Shown here: positions 20,682 through 30,545 of the stretch, piece by piece
Position numbering within the stretch: the first letter of the stretch is position 1
How the letters are laid out: each line of letters starts with the position of its first letter
Source: Gammaproteobacteria bacterium
GTDB lineage: Bacteria > Pseudomonadota > Gammaproteobacteria > UBA4575
Assembly: GCA_965221955.1 (NCBI GenBank)
Contig: CBDCTA010000029.1
Location: forward strand, 512,001 to 576,000
DNA length: 64,000 bases
Direction: 5' to 3'
Translations under genes and position numbers: made by a program
The notes under the pieces: model-generated
Told to the model about the DNA's origin: nothing
Databases searched by the model: none
What the model saw: only the letters and a program-made list of their open reading frames with translations

Positions 20682-22487
20682 ATGCCTTCGCATATGGCGA
20701 AAGTCATGTTGCATCAAAACGAAATTGACGGTGAAGTGAGTCTTGGATCAAGTATTGGTTCTGCAGATGATCCCAGTGATCTTGAGCAATTACGCAAATT
20801 ATTATTAGGAAGCGAATATCAAGATCTCTTGAAGCTACAACGTGAATTTTCTGATCATTCACATGCCAGTGAAAAAATCTCGCAAGTTATTTCAGAAGCG
20901 ATAGCAATTCGCTCAAAACAAGATGATTCAATATCAAATGCATTGGTTCCATCATTAGAAACAGCGATACGTGTTTCTGCAAAGCGTAACCCTAAGCGTT
21001 TAGCGAATGCACTGTTCCCTGTGATGGGTCCAGCCATACGTGAATCCGTTGCAGAAACGGTTGGTGCGATGATGCAGCAAGTGAATCAATTGTTAGAAAA
21101 TAGTCTAAGCGCACGTTCGATTAAGTGGCGTATTAACGCATTGCGCACCAATCGCTCTTTTGCGGAGGTGATGCTTTCTGAAACAGTGCTCTACCAAGTA
21201 GAGCAGGTGTTTTTAATTCACCGCGAAACAAGTTTACTCATCAATCACCTTACTTCTGCCAATGCAATTGTCAAAGATCCGGATATGGTGTCAAGTATGC
21301 TTACTGCTGTAACGGATTTTGTGAAAGATTCATTTGTAGTGGATAAGCAACAAAGTGTTAAGTCGATAAAATTTGGACAGCTGAATTTGCTATTCGAGGC
21401 TGGACCACACGCAATCATAGTTGCTGCAGTTCGAGGTTTGATTCCATCTGACTTGCAAATCACTTTGCGCGAGCAGGTGGAAGAGTTGCATCGTTTATAT
21501 GGTAGTCAATTAGAAGATTATGATGGGAATACTGAGCAGTTTCCTGATACGCATGAACAATTAGATAAATGTTTACTAAGTAAGAAAAAAGATGATGCGA
21601 TCAGATCGGTGAGTGAGAATAAAATACCATGGGCAGCCATAATAGCCTTGACTCTGTTAATTCTTTTGCCATTTGTTTGGTGGATATTGAATAAAATTGA
21701 ACAAAATAAATGGAATGAAATTGTTAATCAGTTACAGGCAGAATCTGGAATCGTCATACTGAGTCACCATAAACAGGATGGAGAGTACATTGTTAATGGT
21801 TTGCTTGACCCCTTAGCAAAAGACCCAATGGAGATTATTGCTGCTAAAGAAGATTTTACCAAGGCAGTGCAGCTACAAATGCAATCTTATTATTCTAATG
21901 AGGTGAAGATTGTAAATAAGCGTTTGCATAAAGTATTGAATCCACCCAGCACGGTAAGAACAATTTTTGCCAATGGCCTATTAACAATAGAAGGTGAAGC
22001 CAATCCATCTTGGGTTGCAAGTTTGCCCAATAAACTACCGTTTATCTGGGGAGTAGATCGTGTAGATACGAGCAAATTACGTAAAATTGAGGATATTCAG
22101 CAGAAAATACTGCAACTCATCGGTTCAATTGAGGGCGTTGTAATAGAATATTCCTCAAACTCCACAGCCTTGGCTACGAATGATTTAATATCTATCTCAA
22201 ATATGTTGGATGATATTAATGCGCTTCAGGTGTATACCGCTCAAGCAGGGCATGCGTTCAAACTTGGTATATTAGGATTTGCTGATAAATCAGGATCTGA
22301 TGCAGTAAACAATGAAATTAGTGAGCAGCGTGCAAGAGTAGTGCATGCCGAACTCGTAAAGCGAGGAGTAGCGGAAGATAGCTTGTTGGCTAAAGGTCTA
22401 GGGCGTTATATCAAGCAGGCTGATCAAAATAGAACGCACAACTGTATTACACAACGATGTGTCATATTTGAGGTCTATATAAATTAA
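20682..22487 (+). CDS. Membrane protein: helical N-terminus, longin/roadblock-like domain, TM helix, C-terminal OmpA-like domain
   Basis: VEQVFLIHRETSLL..DPDMVSSMLTAVTDFVKDSF; TM IPWAAIIALTLLILLPFVWW; GFADKSG...NNEISEQRA..V...L...GV OmpA_C motif. Confidence 0.8.
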   Translation: MPSHMAKVMLHQNEIDGEVSLGSSIGSADDPSDLEQLRKLLLGSEYQDLLKLQREFSDHSHASEKISQVISEAIAIRSKQDDSISNALVPSLETAIRVSAKRNPKRLANALFPVMGPAIRESVAETVGAMMQQVNQLLENSLSARSIKWRINALRTNRSFAEVMLSETVLYQVEQVFLIHRETSLLINHLTSANAIVKDPDMVSSMLTAVTDFVKDSFVVDKQQSVKSIKFGQLNLLFEAGPHAIIVAAVRGLIPSDLQITLREQVEELHRLYGSQLEDYDGNTEQFPDTHEQLDKCLLSKKKDDAIRSVSENKIPWAAIIALTLLILLPFVWWILNKIEQNKWNEIVNQLQAESGIVILSHHKQDGEYIVNGLLDPLAKDPMEIIAAKEDFTKAVQLQMQSYYSNEVKIVNKRLHKVLNPPSTVRTIFANGLLTIEGEANPSWVASLPNKLPFIWGVDRVDTSKLRKIEDIQQKILQLIGSIEGVVIEYSSNSTALATNDLISISNMLDDINALQVYTAQAGHAFKLGILGFADKSGSDAVNNEISEQRARVVHAELVKRGVAEDSLLAKGLGRYIKQADQNRTHNCITQRCVIFEVYIN

Positions 22488-22507
22488 GTTTTATCAAATT
22501 ACTTTGT

Positions 22508-24361
22508 ATGAGCAATTCTAATTTCGAAACATTAGTCTCTTTATACCGAAGACTTGGGATCGTTGTGTTCGAGCAACGACAAGATAAAAGTTTTTGGTTG
22601 ATCTCATCGAAACCCGAATGGTTTTCCATGTTAGCTGATTTGAGTAAAGATTCTAATCAGGGTCAAGTAAGTGCAATTAAATCTAATGCTCTGAATTCTT
22701 TTATTGAAGAAGATGTTCAAAAGATGTGGTCAACTGGGAAAGAGCGAAAAGTTTCTTCCATTTGGATTGAGGCAGATTCGAGCGAAAATAGTATGCCATT
22801 TCAAGCTACGGCTTTGCGCCAAGTAGATAGCATGTTGGTTATTGTTGAACATGTACCTAATGCATATGAGGCGAAACAGTCTCAAGCAAAGCAAATGCGT
22901 GAAAATGATATATTGAAAGGCTTATTAGAAGATAAAAAAGCAGAACAAGCACAAAAAATTGCATCCAGAGAGACCGAGCTTGAACAAGAAATTAGTGAAC
23001 GTCGCGCCTTAGAGAAACAGTTAACTCATTTAGCCTTTCACGATTCCTTGACGGGCTTGCCGAATAGATCCTTGTTTACTGATCGATTGCAAAGAGCGAT
23101 CGCAGAAGCAGAACGAAAAAAAGAATCAGTGGTGGTAATGTTCGTTGACCTGGATGATTTCAAAAAAGTGAATGATTCCTTCGGGCATCATGTGGGTGAC
23201 AAAGTGATTCAGGGTGCTGCTTTGCGTTTAAAGAAATGTTTGCGTGATATTGACTCCATTGCGCGCTTGGGTGGTGATGAATTTACGTTGTTAGTTCCAC
23301 ATATTGGTGAGCGTGAAGATATTGAAGTAATTGCGAGAAGGTTGATTGAATCTTTAGATGAGCCTATTGTTGCCGAGGGCAATGAGTTTCGTATGTCGAT
23401 CAGTATCGGTATTTCGGTATACCCCAATGACGCGAATAATGAAGACAGCTTGCTACGTAATGCTGATACTGCAATGTATTTTGCTAAACACACACGTGGG
23501 CCTAGTTTTAAATTTTATGAACAGGATATGGGCACATCGCCTTCAAAACGTTTGGCGTTGGTGTCTGATATTGAGCTCGCTTTACAGCAAAAAGAATTCT
23601 TCTTGGTATATCAGCCAATTATTGATGTTAGAAAAATGGAAGTTACAGGTGCGGAAGCCTTATTGCGTTGGCGCCGTTCTGATGGAGAAATTTTTGAGCC
23701 GGATAGATTTATACCCCTTGCATGTGAGTCCGATTTAATTATTAAAATTGGATTATGGGTGATTGAACAAAGTTGTACTCAACTTAGAAACTGGCGTGGC
23801 ATCTATGGTGATAAATTTAGAATGAATATTAATTTATCTGTGCGTGAACTAGAGTCTAATATATGTAAAGAAAAGTTGCATACGACCATGGATGCATTGA
23901 ATTTACCTCCAGGGTCTTTAGAGGTTGAAATTACAGACACAGTACCCATCGAAAATTCGAATATTATGCAAACCAATGTAGAGTTTCTAAAGAGCTTGCA
24001 TGTTTCTGCTGCAATTGATCGATTTGGAGAACGTCAAACTTCCTTAAAATCAATTAAAATACTTGGATTGAATGCTATAAAAATTGATCGCTACTTTGTA
24101 AATGGCATTGAGTCTGATCAAGATAGCCATGATGTTTTTAATGGTATTGTTCAATTAAGTTTGAGTTTATCTAAAAATGTTTTAGTTGAAGGCATAGAAA
24201 CAAAAGAGCAGTTAGATGTCATCCAAAGTATGGATGTAGATGAAGCGCAAGGCTTTTTCTTTACTCAACCTTTAGAGTCACACTTTTTTGATCAGTGGAT
24301 GAAAGAGTTTGATAAGAAACAGAAGACCCAGTTAAAAATCGTCAAGCAGAAGAAAGCTTAA
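22508..24361 (+). CDS. Diguanylate cyclase/EAL hybrid with uncharacterised N-terminal domain
   Basis: HDSLTGLPNR, DLDDFK.VND.FGH..GD, RDID I-site, GGDEF, EALLRW; DDFGTG replaced by DRFGER. Confidence 0.92.
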   Translation: MSNSNFETLVSLYRRLGIVVFEQRQDKSFWLISSKPEWFSMLADLSKDSNQGQVSAIKSNALNSFIEEDVQKMWSTGKERKVSSIWIEADSSENSMPFQATALRQVDSMLVIVEHVPNAYEAKQSQAKQMRENDILKGLLEDKKAEQAQKIASRETELEQEISERRALEKQLTHLAFHDSLTGLPNRSLFTDRLQRAIAEAERKKESVVVMFVDLDDFKKVNDSFGHHVGDKVIQGAALRLKKCLRDIDSIARLGGDEFTLLVPHIGEREDIEVIARRLIESLDEPIVAEGNEFRMSISIGISVYPNDANNEDSLLRNADTAMYFAKHTRGPSFKFYEQDMGTSPSKRLALVSDIELALQQKEFFLVYQPIIDVRKMEVTGAEALLRWRRSDGEIFEPDRFIPLACESDLIIKIGLWVIEQSCTQLRNWRGIYGDKFRMNINLSVRELESNICKEKLHTTMDALNLPPGSLEVEITDTVPIENSNIMQTNVEFLKSLHVSAAIDRFGERQTSLKSIKILGLNAIKIDRYFVNGIESDQDSHDVFNGIVQLSLSLSKNVLVEGIETKEQLDVIQSMDVDEAQGFFFTQPLESHFFDQWMKEFDKKQKTQLKIVKQKKA

Positions 24362-24372
24362 GTAATAATGAA

Positions 24373-25596
24373 TTATGCCGTTGTGTAACGTTCGGCAACG
24401 TATTCTTGAAGGATTGATTTAAATTCTTCTGCAATTTTTTCGCCTTTTAAAGTAGTAAATTTACTACCATCCACATATACAGGTGCAATAGGCGATTCTC
24501 CAGTTCCGGGTAAGCTTATGCCGATATTGGCATGTTTGCTTTCGCCAGGACCATTGACTACACAGCCCATCACCGCTACTTTCATTTCTTCAACACCACT
24601 ATATTGTTGTTTCCAAATTGGCATTTGGTTCTTTAAAAAATTTTCGATATCAGCAGCTAAGTGTTGGAAATATTCGCTGGTAGTCCGGCCACAACCTGGA
24701 CATGAGGTGACTTGAGGAGTAAACGAACGTAGCTCCATCATTTGTAATATTTGCTGTGCGACGATTACTTCTTGGGTGCGGTTGCCGCCCGGTTCTGGTG
24801 TGAGTGAAATGCGAATCGTATCGCCGATGCCTTCTTGTAATAAAATTGAAAGTGCGGCAGTAGAGGCGACAATACCTTTGCTACCCATGCCTGCTTCGGT
24901 AAGACCAAGGTGTAGCGCATAATCACATCTTTTGGCTAAATCACGATAGACACGTATCAGCGCTTGTACTTCACTTAACTTGCAAGAAAGAATTATTTTA
25001 TTGTGGTCTAGACCAATTTTTTCAGCTAAAGCAGCACTTTCTAGTGCTGAGGCAATAATCGCATCATGCATCACTTCCTGTAGTGTTTTGGGTTGTGTGG
25101 ATGTAGAGTTTTCATCTAGCATTCTGGCTAATAAGTCTTGATCAAGACTTCCCCAGTTCACACCTATGCGAACCGGCTTATCATAGTTGCAAGCAATTTC
25201 AATAATTTCAGAAAATTGTTTGTCATGTAACTCGCCACGGCCAACATTGCCAGGGTTAATGCGATATTTGTCTAAAGCTGTTGCGCACTCGGTATATTTA
25301 GAAAGTAAACGTCCACCGTTAAAGTGAAAATCACCAACGATAGGTATATCTATATTTGCCTTATCAAGTTGTTCGCAAATTTTAGGCAGTGCTTGTGCGG
25401 AATCTTTGTTATTCACTGTAACGCGAACGATTTCTGAACCAGCATTTGCCAAGGCAGTAATTTGTTCTACCGTTTTGTTAACATCAGCTGTATCGGTATT
25501 AGTCATGGATTGCACTACAATGGGCGCATGTCCACCTACCATTACATTGCCCACCTGAACAGCAGTGCTATTACGACGAAAATTCATTGAACTCAT
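24373..25596 (-). CDS. ispG: HMBPP synthase (GcpE)
   Basis: [48 protein letters not shown]. Confidence 0.97.
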   Translation of the reverse strand: MSSMNFRRNSTAVQVGNVMVGGHAPIVVQSMTNTDTADVNKTVEQITALANAGSEIVRVTVNNKDSAQALPKICEQLDKANIDIPIVGDFHFNGGRLLSKYTECATALDKYRINPGNVGRGELHDKQFSEIIEIACNYDKPVRIGVNWGSLDQDLLARMLDENSTSTQPKTLQEVMHDAIIASALESAALAEKIGLDHNKIILSCKLSEVQALIRVYRDLAKRCDYALHLGLTEAGMGSKGIVASTAALSILLQEGIGDTIRISLTPEPGGNRTQEVIVAQQILQMMELRSFTPQVTSCPGCGRTTSEYFQHLAADIENFLKNQMPIWKQQYSGVEEMKVAVMGCVVNGPGESKHANIGISLPGTGESPIAPVYVDGSKFTTLKGEKIAEEFKSILQEYVAERYTTA

Positions 25597-25719
25597 AGTT
25601 CAGTACTACATTAAAGTAGTAATTTATTAAAATGATGCAGAATAGTAACTCATTCAGATCCGGTTGCGGGTAGAATCAGATCAATAAGCGTTAAATAACC
25701 ATATATTTTTTATTAGTAC

Positions 25720-26136
25720 ATGTATTGGCAAGACAAGCTCACTGTGCGGTCCTCAGGTCGAGGTGCATATGAAGTCACACAGAACATTGAACGGATGATT
25801 CGTGACTCAGGAGTGCAACAGGGTTTGTGCCATTTGTTTATTCAGCATACCAGTGCTTCACTAATTATTAGTGAAAATGCTGATCCCGCTGTGCATAAAG
25901 ATCTGGAAACATTTATGTCCAAGCTCAGCCCAGATGGAGATCCTATGTTCACACATCGTGCAGAGGGTGATGATGATATGCCCGCGCATGTTCGTTCAGT
26001 ACTGACGCAAACAGAATTAAATGTACCTATTGCTAAAGGTTCTTCTGGTTTAGGCACTTGGCAGGGGATTTATTTATGGGAGCACCGAACTTCACCTCAT
26101 CAAAGGCAAATTATTGTTACTATTCACGGACAATAA
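25720..26136 (+). CDS. YjbQ/UPF0047 family protein
   Basis: HTSASL.I.ENADP.V, H..EG.DDMPAH, LGTWQGIYLWEHR. Confidence 0.9.
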   Translation: MYWQDKLTVRSSGRGAYEVTQNIERMIRDSGVQQGLCHLFIQHTSASLIISENADPAVHKDLETFMSKLSPDGDPMFTHRAEGDDDMPAHVRSVLTQTELNVPIAKGSSGLGTWQGIYLWEHRTSPHQRQIIVTIHGQ

Positions 26137-26181
26137 GTTTGGTCGAAACTTGATCTAAATTTACTAGCTTAAAATTTTATT

Positions 26182-26889
26182 ATGAGTGTATTCGCGGATA
26201 TACGTTGCGTGACTTTCGATTTGGATGACACCTTGTGGCCATGCAAGCCGACTATGATCAATGCAGAGATAGCATTGTATGAATGGTTATCTGAAAATTA
26301 TTCCAAAATCACTGACCAGTATTCACTGGATGATTTGAGAGAACATCGAAAAGACTTTGCGCAAAAAAATTTACATTTAGCGCATGATGTAACCTCTCTA
26401 CGTAGAGAATCATTAGCTGAACTTGCAAATCAATTTCAATATCCACTGCACATGGCAGATAAGGGTTTAGCTCTGTTTAGAAAACATAGAAATCAGATCA
26501 ATTTTTTTGACGATGCATTGCCCACCATTCGTATTCTTGCAAAACATTTTAAAATTGGTGCGATTACAAATGGCAATGCAGATTTAGAAGCAATTGGTGT
26601 CAGAGAACATTTTGATTATGTAGTGACAGCACAAGAAGCTGGTGTTGCCAAGCCAGATAAAAAAATATTTGAATATGCGCAAGAAAAAATTAGTTTTTCG
26701 AGCCATGAATTAGTGTATGTGGGCGATCACCCGACCATTGATATGTTGGGCTCAATTCATAGTGGTTGGAGATCACTTTGGTTTAACCCTGATAAGCAAT
26801 CATGGCCAGAAAGTGAATTACACAAAGATGTTCGACCTGATGCAGAGATACAGGCGCTGAGTCAATTGCCAGAATTATTATGTAATTAA
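26182..26889 (+). CDS. HAD-superfamily hydrolase (YigB-like)
   Basis: FDLDDTLW, ITNGN, AKPD, VGDH..D. Confidence 0.9.
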   Translation: MSVFADIRCVTFDLDDTLWPCKPTMINAEIALYEWLSENYSKITDQYSLDDLREHRKDFAQKNLHLAHDVTSLRRESLAELANQFQYPLHMADKGLALFRKHRNQINFFDDALPTIRILAKHFKIGAITNGNADLEAIGVREHFDYVVTAQEAGVAKPDKKIFEYAQEKISFSSHELVYVGDHPTIDMLGSIHSGWRSLWFNPDKQSWPESELHKDVRPDAEIQALSQLPELLCN

Positions 26890-26914
26890 GAATTTTAAAC
26901 ATAAGGAGAAGGAA

Positions 26915-27250
26915 ATGTCAGAACATGCTCTAGATCTTGAGGAAAGAGTAAGAAAATTGGAACGGATTATGTTTACTGTGCGTATCGCAATTATCGTACT
27001 AGTTGGATTCATGATGTATGACGCATTAGCCCCAGATACCGGTTCAGACATCATTTTTGCGGATAAAATCAAATCCAGGCAGTTTGTGTTGCTAGGGTCT
27101 GGTGATAAACCAGTTGGTTACTGGGATGTTAAAGATAACCATGGTTTTAAGATGTACTCAAAACAGGGCGACCACGTCTTATTAGCGCCAGAGGCACTGA
27201 CTTTTTATCAAGACAAACTGAATCCAGAAGTAAAATCTAAGTACGACTAG
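26915..27250 (+). CDS. Small single-TM hypothetical protein
   Basis: Strong AGGAG SD; LEERVRKLER coil followed by a hydrophobic helix. Confidence 0.75.
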   Translation: MSEHALDLEERVRKLERIMFTVRIAIIVLVGFMMYDALAPDTGSDIIFADKIKSRQFVLLGSGDKPVGYWDVKDNHGFKMYSKQGDHVLLAPEALTFYQDKLNPEVKSKYD

Positions 27251-27288
27251 TTCGCCAAATAGTTCAAGTATCGGTTACTTAGATCTTT

Positions 27289-28776
27289 TCAGATCTTTTC
27301 GCCGTACTTCTGTTTATGTAATTTTTTAGATTGACTTACCCACTTATCTCGGTTGATACGATCAGGGAAGCTGCCCAGTGTTTCCGCTAACGCTGTGATG
27401 TCATCTTTTGTTAGGCGGCCTAACTGTTCATAGGAGTACACACCAAAGTCATTTAGTTTGCCTTCCATTACAGGGCCGATACCTTTTACAACCTGTAAAT
27501 CATCTTTTACTTTTGCAGCCGCAATTTTTAAGCCTTTTGCGGGTGCCTTTAATCCTGCTGCAGGTTTGTTAACTGTTTTTGGTTTAGCTTTTTTTGCAAC
27601 GGGTTTGGGTCGAGGAGACACCAGCTGAGTTTTAATTTTGTTTTTAAATGCCTCGATTGTATGTTCATGCTCACGCAACATTGATAAATCAAGCTTGGAT
27701 GACTGAAGCTCGCTTTCTAAAGTAGACATTTTAGTTTTATATTCCTGTACTACTGCAGCGCTTGAAGCTTGCGCGCGACTTTCAGCAGTGCGTAGTTGTT
27801 CACGTAAATCATCAATCACTGCGTCTTTTTCTTCACAAGTATCTACAAATACACGTTCTTTTTCGCTGGCCTCAAGTTTTACTTCATTGATCTGTTTGTA
27901 AGTACGGCCTAAAACTGTATTTTTAGATGTGCCAATTAACCGTACTTTATCCATGAAACGGTTAAATTTAGTGTCTTGGCCTGGCTGGTCACCTTCTAAT
28001 GGAGTTAGTTCATGCAAACGGTTACGAAGCTTGCCTAATTCATCCTGATTACGTGAATTCTGCTCTGCTAAATCTTTGTTGCGTAACCTCTGCAATTCGT
28101 CAATTTCTGCTTGAGATTTATTTTGTAATGCATATAAATCAGCTTTTGCCGCGCCAAGTTGTTTTTCTAACTCAGGGTTCAAATGCATGCGGTCTTGTTT
28201 CCATTTGCTTTGGATTTGGCTGATCATGGCATATAGACTTTTTGTATCATTCTCTGATGTGGTGACCTTGTCATTTAGGCTTTGTACTTTTTCGATCATC
28301 TCATCGAGTCGATATTTATAAGACTCTTGATCCGTTACGTGCTTATTAAGACGTTTAATTTTCAGGTTCGCATCAGCATGTAAATCTGAATAATGGCTAG
28401 CAAGATTTTCAAAATCATTACGTTCACTTAGTGTTTGTTGATACATGCTTTGAACTTTTTTAAGCCAAGTTTGATGCGCGGGTAATTGTTTAGCTTTTTC
28501 AAGTGAGGTTTGCCAGCGCGATGTCATCAACATTAGATCGCTACTTTGGCGGTCATATTTGGCTTGTATATCTCCACACTGAGTTTTGTAGGCAACGGTT
28601 TGTTCTTTGGAATCTTCTAATTCACGTGTCTGGAGATTAATTTTGTTTTCTAAATCTTCACGCAATGCATTCATATTACGATTACATGTCCAGCGGCTGA
28701 CAAGCCATCCAACCAATATTCCTAGTGCTGCGGCACCTAATAGGTAAACGAGTAACTCATTTAATAAATAGCTCAT
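27289..28776 (-). CDS. Membrane-anchored long coiled-coil protein with C-terminal helix-hairpin-helix domain
   Basis: N-terminal TM (LLGAAALGILVGWL), heptad region, K/A/P linker, DDL..VKGIGP..E.KL...GV..Y.QL...RINRD.WV.Q. Confidence 0.85.
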   Translation of the reverse strand: MSYLLNELLVYLLGAAALGILVGWLVSRWTCNRNMNALREDLENKINLQTRELEDSKEQTVAYKTQCGDIQAKYDRQSSDLMLMTSRWQTSLEKAKQLPAHQTWLKKVQSMYQQTLSERNDFENLASHYSDLHADANLKIKRLNKHVTDQESYKYRLDEMIEKVQSLNDKVTTSENDTKSLYAMISQIQSKWKQDRMHLNPELEKQLGAAKADLYALQNKSQAEIDELQRLRNKDLAEQNSRNQDELGKLRNRLHELTPLEGDQPGQDTKFNRFMDKVRLIGTSKNTVLGRTYKQINEVKLEASEKERVFVDTCEEKDAVIDDLREQLRTAESRAQASSAAVVQEYKTKMSTLESELQSSKLDLSMLREHEHTIEAFKNKIKTQLVSPRPKPVAKKAKPKTVNKPAAGLKAPAKGLKIAAAKVKDDLQVVKGIGPVMEGKLNDFGVYSYEQLGRLTKDDITALAETLGSFPDRINRDKWVSQSKKLHKQKYGEKI

Positions 28777-28831
28777 AGTTATGGTCTCTTGTTGCTTGGG
28801 TTTAATTCCCGATCTTTATTAACGTTAAAAA

Positions 28832-29614
28832 TTAATTCTTTCGTGATACCGTGAACTCAATACGTCGGTTCAGGGCTCGCCCTTCGGCTGAATCATTAGC
28901 AGCAATCGGTGAAGATTCGCCAAATCCTGTGGCAGTGAGCCGTTCACTTTGAATGCCATTACTACTTAAGTAATTTAATACTGATTGTGCTCGCTGCTGA
29001 CTTAGCAGCAGGTTTAACTCATCATCACCAACACTGTCCGTGTGTCCTTCTATCGCGACATTAAATTCAAGATGCTTACTTAGCACGCTGACCACATCAT
29101 CGAGAACTTGTTGACCTTTTGGAGTGATCTCATTGCTATCAAATAAAAAAGTAATGCCCGAGAGATCTAAGGTTTGTAGTAATTCTTCTACAACTTCTTC
29201 TTTCACTGTTTCAATTTCTGGTTCTGATTCTGGTTCAAATTCAGGAAGCGGTTCTACTTTGGGCGTCATAATAATTTTCGGTTCTGCTGGTACTTGTTCA
29301 ACCTTAGTCACCACAAGTTGATTGGACACTACTCGAATGCCCGACATGCTTGCAATAATTTGTTCAATTTCATCGGAACGATTCTGGCTAGTAACCATGC
29401 CGGTTAACGTGGCATCACGTCCATCCATATTAACGATTACATTTCCAATTTGTTTGTCTTTTAATAGCTGATTACTTTTTAAGCTTAGATCGTTTTGAAT
29501 ATATTCAGCTTTGCTGTCTTTAGTAAACCAATACAAAGTGGGGAAGCCAACCAAGACAAGAATGAGAGAAAGTAATATGCAAAGGGTACAATTATTTGTA
29601 CGTTGATCAGTCAT
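28832..29614 (-). CDS. TM-BON-OmpA_C protein (ArfA/Rv0899-like architecture)
   Basis: V..DGRDATLTG.V...GIRVVSNQL (BON); F...S..I, IEGHTD, LSQQRA, GFGESSP, NRRIEF (OmpA_C). Confidence 0.88.
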   Translation of the reverse strand: MTDQRTNNCTLCILLSLILVLVGFPTLYWFTKDSKAEYIQNDLSLKSNQLLKDKQIGNVIVNMDGRDATLTGMVTSQNRSDEIEQIIASMSGIRVVSNQLVVTKVEQVPAEPKIIMTPKVEPLPEFEPESEPEIETVKEEVVEELLQTLDLSGITFLFDSNEITPKGQQVLDDVVSVLSKHLEFNVAIEGHTDSVGDDELNLLLSQQRAQSVLNYLSSNGIQSERLTATGFGESSPIAANDSAEGRALNRRIEFTVSRKN

Positions 29615-29813
29615 GGTTACTATCTGTTTTTTATCGTTTTATAGACAGAGAAACTGGCATTTCTCGACTCAAGGTAAGTATTGCTTGAACATCAAAAATT
29701 CGCAAACAAATTTGCCAGAATTAAACGAATATTTTTAATAGAAATATAAGCACATAAAGCATTATCCCTATAAAACTAAGGGGAATATTCTTGATATGTA
29801 AAGGTGAGTGCCT

Positions 29814-30269
29814 TTATCTAAATTCTTCAGGAATACTTTCGTTAAGTTTTTTAATCAAGCTAACAAACTGCTTGTTTTCAGAACCAGTAAAGTCTGAAAA
29901 CATTTTTTTATATGCTTGGTCCATCATCTCTATGCCGTGTTGAGCAACTTTTTCACCCATTGAAGTGAGTTTGATATCTACGACTCTACGGTCCAATTGG
30001 TTGTGTGAACGTTCAATACAGCCGCGATCTTCTAGCTGATCCAAGTAACGACTCACCGTAGCACGTTCAATCATTAGCTCATCAGCAAGTTTGGCCGGTG
30101 TGTAAATGGATTTGGAGGAAATTGCATGAATGAGACGCCATTGATTAAATTTTAAGCCATAATTGTTGAGCTCTTTGTTGAGAATTTTGCGCGCGAATGA
30201 ATTCAGCTTATCGGCAAATGAGATCATCATTGGCAAAGCGGAATTATGATGACTAGTATCTTCACTCAT
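29814..30269 (-). CDS. MarR-family transcriptional regulator
   Basis: GL.F.QW.L, ATVSR.LD.LE.RG.I.R....DRR...I.LT..G. Confidence 0.92.
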   Translation of the reverse strand: MSEDTSHHNSALPMMISFADKLNSFARKILNKELNNYGLKFNQWRLIHAISSKSIYTPAKLADELMIERATVSRYLDQLEDRGCIERSHNQLDRRVVDIKLTSMGEKVAQHGIEMMDQAYKKMFSDFTGSENKQFVSLIKKLNESIPEEFR

Positions 30270-30468
30270 GGCTGCGTGTATTAATGAATTTGAATCAGTA
30301 ACTTATTATTAGCTTATTCTCGGTTCTAAGGCACTTATTTAACGGTTAAAATTACGATTGTTCACAGTTTTAGTTCTCTACAATTTACGTTTGTTAACTA
30401 TCAGTTAGAAATTTGTTGATGAATTAGATGTCGACAAAGTTTAATGATAGGGGGTCGTAGTTTAAAGA

Positions 30469-30545
30469 TGGCGCCCCGAGTAGGAGTCGAACCTACGACC
30501 TCTCCCTTAGGAGGGGAGCGCTCTATCCAGCTGAGCTATCGGGGC
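30469..30545 (-). tRNA. tRNA-Arg(CCT)
   Basis: Cloverleaf GCCCCGA/TCGGGGC, anticodon arm CTCCC-CTCCTAA-GGGAG, TTCGA T-loop, encoded CCA. Confidence 0.96.

Noticed and set aside
30352-30367. CRP-like half site upstream of the MarR gene
   Set aside because: Only one half-site (TCACA) matches, as expected by chance in AT-rich DNA
26915-30469. Integrated island or prophage at the tRNA-Arg(CCT) 3' end
   Set aside because: No integrase, no phage genes and no duplicated tRNA 3' end (att) seen in the window
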